Under the pieces are notes generated by a model. It was not told where the DNA came from. It saw nothing but the letters and a program-made list of their open reading frames with translations, and searched no databases. A stretch of DNA of 24,908 nucleotides from Gammaproteobacteria bacterium (lineage in GTDB: Bacteria; Pseudomonadota; Gammaproteobacteria; HTCC5015), in assembly GCA_036381555.1 (NCBI GenBank), contig DASVCP010000330.1:1-24908 (forward strand), read 5' to 3'. Of this stretch, positions 18,465 through 24,908 are shown piece after piece. The translations under genes were made by a program, and so were the position numbers. Positions within the stretch are counted from its first letter, which is position 1, and each line of letters opens with the position of its first letter.

Positions 18465-19918
18465 TGCACGATAAAACATTGACCGAATTGGCCGCCGGGC
18501 TTCATGCCGGCGAATTCTCCAGTGTCGAGTTGACCCGGCATTTCCTGGATCGGATCAGGCGGTATAACCCCGATCTCAACAGTTTCATTACCGTCACCGA
18601 AGAGCGGGCCCTGGCGGCGGCAAAACAGGCCGATGAACGTCTGGCGCGCGGTGAAGCGGGACCCCTGGAAGGGCTGCCGGTCGCGCACAAAGATATTTTC
18701 TGTACGCAAGGCGTAAAGACCACTTGCGGCTCGCGAATGCTGGATAACTTCATTGCTCCTTACGAATCGACCGTTACCGCCAGAATGGCGGCGGCCGGCA
18801 TGATCACGCTTGGCAAAACCAATATGGACGAGTTCGCCATGGGCTCGTCGAACGAAACCAGCTATTACGGTCCGGTCAAAAACCCGTGGGACACCACACG
18901 CGTGCCCGGCGGCTCGTCCGGCGGTTCGGCCGCCGCGATGGCGGCGCGACTGGCGCCGGCCGCGACCGGCACGGATACCGGCGGTTCGATCCGACAACCC
19001 GCGGCGTTATGCAACGTGACCGGGTTGAAACCGACTTATGGCCGCGTATCCCGTTACGGCATGATCGCTTTCGCATCCAGTCTTGACCAGGCCGGCCCGA
19101 TGGCGGCCACCGCCGAAGACTGCGCCCTGCTGCTGAACGTTATGGCCGGCTTCGACGAGCGCGATTCCACTTCGGTGGACCGGCCGGTACCTGATTACAC
19201 GGCCGCGCTAAATAAGGACATTAAAGGGCTGAAGATCGGGTTGCCCAAACCGTTTTTTGACTCGGGTCTGGATTCGAAGGTCGCAAAAATCATTGGCGCC
19301 GTGATAGAGGAATACACGGGGGCCGGCGCGGAATTTATCGAAATCGATTTGCCGCATATGCACCTGTCCGTGCCGGTTTACTACGTGGTCGCGCCCGCCG
19401 AATGCTCGTCCAACCTGTCCCGTTTCGACGGCGTGCGTTACGGCTACCGGGCCGGGAATCCGAAAGACCTGGAAGACCTGTTCAAGCGCTCTCGCGGCGA
19501 AGGCTTCGGCGCCGAAGTGCAGCGGCGTATCATGATAGGTACTTACGCTTTATCCGCGGGCTACTACGACGCTTATTATAAGAAAGCCCAACAGGTCCGG
19601 CGGCTGATCGCCGACGACTTTAAGCGGGCTTTTGAACAGGTGGACGTAATCATGGGGCCGACCTCGCCGTCCACCGCGTTTAAAATCGGCGAAAAGGCCG
19701 ACGACCCGGTGGCGATGTATTTGTCAGATATCTACACCATCGCGGTGAACCTGGCGGGCCTGCCCGGCATCTCCATACCCGCCGGGATGGCCGACGGCCT
19801 GCCGGTCGGCGTGCAGATCATCGGCAACTACTTCGACGAAGCCCGTTTGCTCAACGTCGCGCACCAGTACCAGCAACGCACCGACTGGCACCGGCAGATG
19901 CCTGAAAGTTTTAAATAA
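18464..19918 (+). CDS. gatA: Asp-tRNA(Asn)/Glu-tRNA(Gln) amidotransferase subunit A
   Basis: Amidase signature [31 protein letters not shown] and [11 protein letters not shown]. It has a TGATG overlap with gatC. Confidence 0.98.
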
Positions 19919-19925
19919 AACCATT

Positions 19926-20079
19926 TAACCACGGAGGACACGGAGATCACTGAGAAAGAAAAGTAAAAGATCTTCAGGAAATGCTTAATGCCCGTGATTA
20001 TTTGCCGTTCTCGGATGAGCTTGATCTTTTGTTTAACGTAAATGTTTTTACTCTGTGAGCTCCGTGTCCTCCGTGGTTA
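19926..20079. repeat. Palindromic intergenic cassette, CACGGAG-arm family, copy E (154 bp)
   Basis: Left arm 19926-19954 TAACCACGGAGGACACGGAGATCACTGAG and right arm 20051-20079 are inverted repeats (27/29), around a 96-nt interior. Confidence 0.92.
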
Positions 20080-20103
20080 GAAAGCTTTTTTAAAGAGGTA
20101 AAA

Positions 20104-21540
20104 ATGGAATGGGAAACGGTTATCGGGCTTGAGGTTCATGCCCAGCTGGCCACCAAGAGCAAGATTTTCTCGGGGGCGCCGACGGCTTACGGCGCCGCGC
20201 CGAATACGCAGGCCTGCGCGGTCGACCTGGGGTTTCCCGGTGTGCTGCCCGTGCTGAACAAAGAAGCCGTGCGGATGGCGGCCAAGTTCGGGTTGGCGAT
20301 CGATGCGACGGTGGCCGAGACGTCCATTTTCGCCCGCAAAAATTACTTTTATCCCGACCTGCCCAAGGGTTACCAGATCTCACAGTACGAGCAGCCGGTG
20401 GTGGCCAACGGCCATCTCGACATCGAACTGGAAGACGGCGCCGTGAAGCGCATCAGGATTACCCGCGCGCACCTGGAAGAGGATGCCGGCAAATCGCTGC
20501 ACGAGGATTTCCACGGCATGAGCGGCATCGACTTGAACCGCGCCGGCACGCCTTTGCTGGAAATCGTCTCCGAACCCGATTTGCGCTCGGCCAAGGAAGC
20601 GGTGGCCTATCTGAAGAAACTGCATTCACTGGTGCGATACCTGGAGATTTGCGACGGTAACATGCAGGAAGGATCATTTCGCTGCGACGCCAACGTCTCG
20701 GTGCGGCCGAAAGGACAGGCGGAATTCGGTACGCGCGCCGAAATCAAGAACCTCAACTCGTTCCGGTTTGTCGAGAAAGCCATCAATTTCGAAGTCGAGC
20801 GGCAGATCGACCTGCTGGAGGGTGGCGGCAGGATCGTCCAGGAGACGCGGCTTTACGACGCCGACAAGGACGAAACCCGCTCCATGCGCACCAAGGAGGA
20901 AGCCAACGATTACCGTTATTTCCCCGATCCGGACTTGCTGCCGCTCAAACTGGACCGCGCGTTTATCGAGGACGTGCGTAAAACCCTGCCCGAACTGCCG
21001 GATGCGAAAAGGCAGCGTTTCCAGACCGAATACGGGTTGTCATCCTACGATGCCGGCGTACTGACCGCCAGTCGTGAAATGGCGGATTACTTTGAAATCG
21101 CAGTCAAAGCCGGTCAGGCGGAAGCGAAGCTGGTCGCCAACTGGGTGATCGGCGAACTGTCCGGAGCGCTCAACAAGGCAGGCCTCGAAATTGCGGCCAG
21201 CCCGATCGGTCCGGCACAACTGGCGCAGTTGCTTGACCGCATTGCGGACAACACCATTTCCGGCAAGATCGCCAAGGACGTCTTCGAGGCCATATGGCAG
21301 GGCGAGGGAAGCGCGGACGCGATTATCGACCGCAAAGGCCTGAAACAGATTACCGACAGCAGCGCAATCGAGCCGATTATCGACGAAATCATCGCCGCCA
21401 ATCCCGGCCAGGTCGAACAGTACCGGGCCGGAAAAGACAAGGTGTTCGGCTTTTTTGTTGGCCAGGTGATGAAAGCCACGCAGGGGAAGGCCAATCCGGG
21501 CCAGGTGAACGAACTGCTCAAACGGAAACTGCAAAAATGA
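20104..21540 (+). CDS. gatB: Asp-tRNA(Asn)/Glu-tRNA(Gln) amidotransferase subunit B
   Basis: Motifs [52 protein letters not shown] and [10 protein letters not shown]. Confidence 0.98.
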   Translation: MEWETVIGLEVHAQLATKSKIFSGAPTAYGAAPNTQACAVDLGFPGVLPVLNKEAVRMAAKFGLAIDATVAETSIFARKNYFYPDLPKGYQISQYEQPVVANGHLDIELEDGAVKRIRITRAHLEEDAGKSLHEDFHGMSGIDLNRAGTPLLEIVSEPDLRSAKEAVAYLKKLHSLVRYLEICDGNMQEGSFRCDANVSVRPKGQAEFGTRAEIKNLNSFRFVEKAINFEVERQIDLLEGGGRIVQETRLYDADKDETRSMRTKEEANDYRYFPDPDLLPLKLDRAFIEDVRKTLPELPDAKRQRFQTEYGLSSYDAGVLTASREMADYFEIAVKAGQAEAKLVANWVIGELSGALNKAGLEIAASPIGPAQLAQLLDRIADNTISGKIAKDVFEAIWQGEGSADAIIDRKGLKQITDSSAIEPIIDEIIAANPGQVEQYRAGKDKVFGFFVGQVMKATQGKANPGQVNELLKRKLQK

Positions 21541-21638
21541 GGCGTTATACGCCTCGGTACCCTCGGGCGGGGCTTGTTCCCATCCGGGATGGCTTTGTGA
21601 TACCCTAGCCAGCCACCGAATTTAGCGGGGATACAAAA

Positions 21639-22067
21639 ATGCGCAAGGCTTCGGCCGCAGACCGGATAGAAGACGAATCCGATATCGATATGACACCCAT
21701 GCTCGACGTGGTGTTTATCATGTTGATTTTCTTCATTGTGACGGCCTCGTTTGTCAAAGAATTCGGCCTGGACATGAACAGCCCCGATGATAACAATGAG
21801 CCGCCTCCGACCCAGCAGGACAACACTATCCTGATACGCATCGAAGAAAGCGGCCGTATCTGGGTGGAAGACAGCCCGACCGACGTCGGCGGTATCCAGC
21901 CCAATGTCAAGCGCCTGCATGCCCAGAATCCGAAAGCCAAAGTGGTTATTCAACCGGATGCCAAGGCCAAGACTGACCTGATGATACAGGTGCTGGATCA
22001 ATCGCGCGCCGCGGGCGTGGATGCTTCGATTGCCCAGATCGTCCAGGAACTGGAGAATACGTTATAA
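21639..22067 (+). CDS. exbD: ExbD/TolR family biopolymer transport protein
   Basis: Motif IDMTPMLDVVFIMLIFFIVTASF, plus VVIQPD...T...IQVLD in the periplasmic domain. Confidence 0.92.
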   Translation: MRKASAADRIEDESDIDMTPMLDVVFIMLIFFIVTASFVKEFGLDMNSPDDNNEPPPTQQDNTILIRIEESGRIWVEDSPTDVGGIQPNVKRLHAQNPKAKVVIQPDAKAKTDLMIQVLDQSRAAGVDASIAQIVQELENTL

Positions 22068-22094
22068 CTTGGCTTTGTTTCGCCTCAGGTTCCA

Positions 22095-22127
22095 CAAAGA
22101 AGCCGGCCTCTGGGCCGGCTTTTTGTT
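22095..22127. terminator. Bidirectional intrinsic terminator between the convergent exbD and JAB genes
   Basis: AAGCCGGCC-TCTG-GGCCGGCTT stem-loop with a T tract on the right and an A-rich tract on the left. Confidence 0.85.
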
Positions 22128-22132
22128 GACCG

Positions 22133-22546
22133 CTAAACGGTAAGTGTGATCTCCCGCATCCCTTCGGCGGTCAGCCGAAATGCGCGCATTTCCAATACTC
22201 CCTTGGTGTTCAGGGAAATGATCAACTGGTAAGTATCCGGATAGCCGATGTTTTCCAGGTCACGCATCGATGGTTCGGCGGGACTGGCCGGGTGCGAATG
22301 GTAGATGGCGAACAGGTTTTCATGTTTGGTCCGCATGGTTTTCAGAGCGTGAATCTGGTCCTGCGGGTCCATCTCGAAAGCGTCTTCGGGACTGGCGGCG
22401 ACGTTTTTGACCGGGTACACCGTGCTCGGCCGGTCGCCGATCGCACCCACCAGCCCGCAAATCTCCCGTTCCGGCGACTGCTGCGCCAGCGCCAACAAGT
22501 GGGTCGCCAGAGGACGGGTGATTTTGATTTCCGATCTTGCCTGCAT
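22133..22546 (-). CDS. JAB/MPN (Mov34) metallopeptidase, CysO-cysteine peptidase-like
   Basis: N-terminal REICGLV glutamate and JAMM motif YHSHP.S...PS..D. The start is 22546 or 22573. Confidence 0.9.
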   Translation of the reverse strand: MQARSEIKITRPLATHLLALAQQSPEREICGLVGAIGDRPSTVYPVKNVAASPEDAFEMDPQDQIHALKTMRTKHENLFAIYHSHPASPAEPSMRDLENIGYPDTYQLIISLNTKGVLEMRAFRLTAEGMREITLTV

Positions 22547-22606
22547 AACAAACCCGGTTGAAAGGACGTGCATTAAACCAAAAAAACAAAAAAATCAAAA
22601 CCTAAT

Positions 22607-22759
22607 TAACCACGGAGGGCACGGAGAGCACAGAGGATAAAAACATTTAAAACTAAAAACAGTATATGCAAAGAGCTAAAAATTAATGAAAGTGGGAAAA
22701 AATTCCTAAAAGATCTTCAATTCATTTTTTCTCCGTGTTCTCCGTGCCCTCTGTGGTTA
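22607..22759. repeat. Palindromic cassette, CACGGAG-arm family, copy F (153 bp), overlapping the moeB 3' end
   Basis: Left arm 22607-22635 TAACCACGGAGGGCACGGAGAGCACAGAG and right arm 22731-22759 are inverted repeats (26/29), around a 95-nt A-rich interior. Confidence 0.92.
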
Positions 22760-23507
22760 AATTTTTTAAATCCCCGCAAACGGCACAGCCCGGGTCTTTG
22801 TTGAGTTTCAGGTTGCGCCATTGCAGGGTCGCGGCGTCCAGCAATAACAGACGGCTGTCGAGCGGTTCGCCGATACCGGTAATCAGTTTGATCGCTTCCA
22901 GCGCCTGCATGCTGCCGATGATCCCCACCAGCGGACCGATGACGCCCACATCGCTGCAACGTTCGCCGACGTCGGTCGCGTCAGGATAAAGGCAGGCGTA
23001 GCACGGGCTGCGGGGCGTGTTGTTGAAGACGGCGATCTGGCCTTCCAGACGGATGGCCGCGCCCGAGATCAACGGCTTGCCTTTATCGACGCAGGCCTGG
23101 TTGACAGCGTAACGCGTGGCGAAGTTGTCCGTGCAATCCAGGACGATATCCACGCCGTCGATTGCCGTGACGATATGGTCAACCGTGATCTTTTTATCGA
23201 GGCTGTGAATTAGCAGGGTCCGGTTGATTTCCTGCAAGCGCCCGGCGGCAGCCGCGGTTTTTTTATGACCGAGATCGTGATCGTCGTACAGTATTTGCCG
23301 ATGCAGGTTGGAGAGGGCGACCCGGTCGAAGTCGGCCAGCGTCAGCTCGCCGATGCCCGCCGCCGCCAGGTAGATGGCCGCCGGTGAACCCAACCCGCCG
23401 AGCCCGACGATCATCACATGCGCATCGCGCAACGCTTCCTGGCCTTCGTAACCGAAGTCCGGCAGCACCATCTGGCGCGTATAACGATTAAGCGTTTCGT
23501 CGTCCAC
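22722..23507 (-). CDS. moeB: MoeB/ThiF family adenylyltransferase (E1-like)
   Basis: Motifs RYTRQ, GLGGLGS, DFD.V..SNLHRQ, DCTDNF, zinc motifs CYAC and CAVC, and the catalytic Cys in ERCSDVG. GTG start. Confidence 0.92.
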   Translation of the reverse strand: MDDETLNRYTRQMVLPDFGYEGQEALRDAHVMIVGLGGLGSPAAIYLAAAGIGELTLADFDRVALSNLHRQILYDDHDLGHKKTAAAAGRLQEINRTLLIHSLDKKITVDHIVTAIDGVDIVLDCTDNFATRYAVNQACVDKGKPLISGAAIRLEGQIAVFNNTPRSPCYACLYPDATDVGERCSDVGVIGPLVGIIGSMQALEAIKLITGIGEPLDSRLLLLDAATLQWRNLKLNKDPGCAVCGDLKNLTTEGTENTEKK

Positions 23508-23525
23508 TTGTTTCTAACTGATATT

Positions 23526-23675
23526 TAGCCACGGAACCCACGGAAAAACACGGAAGATAGGAAGGTTTAATAAAACGTTTAGCTTTATCTTTTACTTTAG
23601 CAAATCGAGCATGATAATGAATAATCATGTTTTACTATAAACAATTTCCATGTTTTTCCGTGGGTTCCGTGGCTA
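23526..23675. repeat. Palindromic intergenic cassette, CACGGAA-arm variant, copy G (150 bp)
   Basis: Left arm 23526-23555 TAGCCACGGAACCCACGGAAAAACACGGAA and right arm 23646-23675 are inverted repeats (29/30), around a 90-nt AT-rich interior. Confidence 0.92.
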
Positions 23676-23682
23676 TTTTTTA

Positions 23683-24513
23683 CTACCTCGCCCAGCCAGC
23701 ACATACCCGCGGTATACCGGCCAAATCACGTTTGAACTGGATGCCCGTATAACCGGCGGCTTGAATTAAGTTGTTCACCGCTTCCGACTGGTCGTGGCCG
23801 ATTTCCAGCAGCAGCAGGCCGTTTGGTTTCAGGCAGGTTTTTGCTTCGGCAATGATGCGGCGCAACGCGTCCAGGCCGTCGGGACCCGCGACCAGTGCGG
23901 TTTGTGGTTCGTGCCGAATATCATGCAGGTGCGGATCGCCGGCGCGAATGTAGGGCGGGTTGGAGACGATGATATCGAAAGTATTTGCACTAAAACCTGA
24001 CAGCCAGTCGTTCCACAGGAATTCGACATTGTCGATTCCCAGCCGTCGCGCATTGCGTTGCGCCATTTGCAGCGCATCGTCCGAGACATCGACAGCGGTG
24101 ATTTGCCAGCGCGGTCGTTCGTGCGCCAGCGCCAGCGCGATGCACCCCGAGCCGGTACCCAGATCGGCCAGCCGCAAGCCATACGATCCGATAGGGTCGG
24201 CCAGTTGCAGGGCGGTTTCCACCAGCAATTCGGTTTCGGGGCGCGGGATGAGCGTAGCTCGATTGACGTCGAAAGTTAGCGACCAGAATTCCTGCCGACC
24301 AGTAATATAGGCGATCGGTTCGCCCGCCCGCCGGCGGCGTATCAGGCTCATAAATCTCGACTGTTCGCCGGGGGTCAGCGGCCGTTCCGGCCAGGCGTGT
24401 AAATAGCTGCGTGGCCGGTCGAGGACATGGCTGAGCAGAACTTCCGCGTCCAACCGCTCCGTCCCCAGTGCAGCGTCGAGGAAATGTTTAATCGTTGCCG
24501 GCGTATCGTTCAT
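23683..24513 (-). CDS. prmC: Release factor glutamine methyltransferase PrmC (HemK)
   Basis: Motifs GEPIAYI.G..EFW, LIPRPETE, DLGTGSGCIA, SNPPY and LLEIG. It follows prfA. The start is ATG 24513, or TTG 24540. Confidence 0.96.
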   Translation of the reverse strand: MNDTPATIKHFLDAALGTERLDAEVLLSHVLDRPRSYLHAWPERPLTPGEQSRFMSLIRRRRAGEPIAYITGRQEFWSLTFDVNRATLIPRPETELLVETALQLADPIGSYGLRLADLGTGSGCIALALAHERPRWQITAVDVSDDALQMAQRNARRLGIDNVEFLWNDWLSGFSANTFDIIVSNPPYIRAGDPHLHDIRHEPQTALVAGPDGLDALRRIIAEAKTCLKPNGLLLLEIGHDQSEAVNNLIQAAGYTGIQFKRDLAGIPRVCAGWAR

Positions 24514-24536
24514 GCGGGCGATGCTGGGAACGATGC

Positions 24537-24908
24537 TCAATGTCCGCCACTCAGTGCCGCCAACTGGTCGGCCTGGTATTCCTGGATCAGCGGCTCGATA
24601 ACCGGGTCCAGATCGCCGGCGACGAATTCCTCGAGTTTGTAGAGGGTCAGGTTGATACGGTGATCGGTCACCCGCCCTTGCGGAAAGTTATAGGTCCGTA
24701 TCCGTTCGGAACGGTCGCCGCTGCCGACCAGGGTTTTGCGGGTCTGGGCCTGCGCCTGTCGCTGCTTGTCCTGTTCCATCTGCAGCAGTTTGGCCTGCAG
24801 GAGGCTCATGGCGCGCGCCCGGTTTTTGTGTTGCGAGCGTTCGTCCTGGCATTCAACGACGATGCCGGTGGGCAGGTGCGTCATGCGAATGGCGGAGTCG
24901 GTTTTGTT
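24537..24908 (-). CDS. prfA: Peptide chain release factor 1, 3' part (truncated by the window edge)
   Basis: Motifs [25 protein letters not shown] and [27 protein letters not shown]. Confidence 0.97.
   Translation of the reverse strand, partial: NKTDSAIRMTHLPTGIVVECQDERSQHKNRARAMSLLQAKLLQMEQDKQRQAQAQTRKTLVGSGDRSERIRTYNFPQGRVTDHRINLTLYKLEEFVAGDLDPVIEPLIQEYQADQLAALSGGH

Noticed and set aside
21114-22001. Long antisense or alternate-frame ORFs (e.g. 21114-22001, 17292-17906, 92-652, 4954-5502)
   Set aside because: They are shadows of well-supported genes in GC-rich DNA and have no recognisable motifs.

Overview
Chromosomal window from a non-enteric gammaproteobacterium (inferred from gatCAB divergent from mreBCD, the prfA-prmC-moeB order and GC-rich coding sequence). 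It holds about 28 mostly housekeeping CDSs: TRAP transporter dctPQM; a cfa-like methyltransferase plus geranylgeranyl-reductase-like oxidoreductase pair; quinone oxidoreductase-egtB-cmoB; DUF6231-degenerate AAA+-bolA; acuI/yhdH; DUF2905; ychJ; DUF423; rsmJ; slyX; mreDCB; gatCAB; exbD; a JAB peptidase; moeB; prmC; and a partial prfA. I found no tRNA, rRNA, CRISPR array or transposase. The main signal is non-coding: nine palindromic intergenic elements in 25 kb. Five are 148-154 bp cassettes with 29-30 bp inverted arms built from three CACGGAR-type subrepeats. Their arm variants co-vary within each copy, around largely unrelated AT-rich interiors of 90-96 nt. Two more share the architecture but use CGC-type arms, and one of these carries a 49-bp GGA-hairpin insertion. 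The last two are a TA-flanked MITE and an AGTAT-subrepeat palindrome. Other notable points are a probable methyl-branched lipid module and an AAA+ protein whose catalytic motifs are all degenerate.
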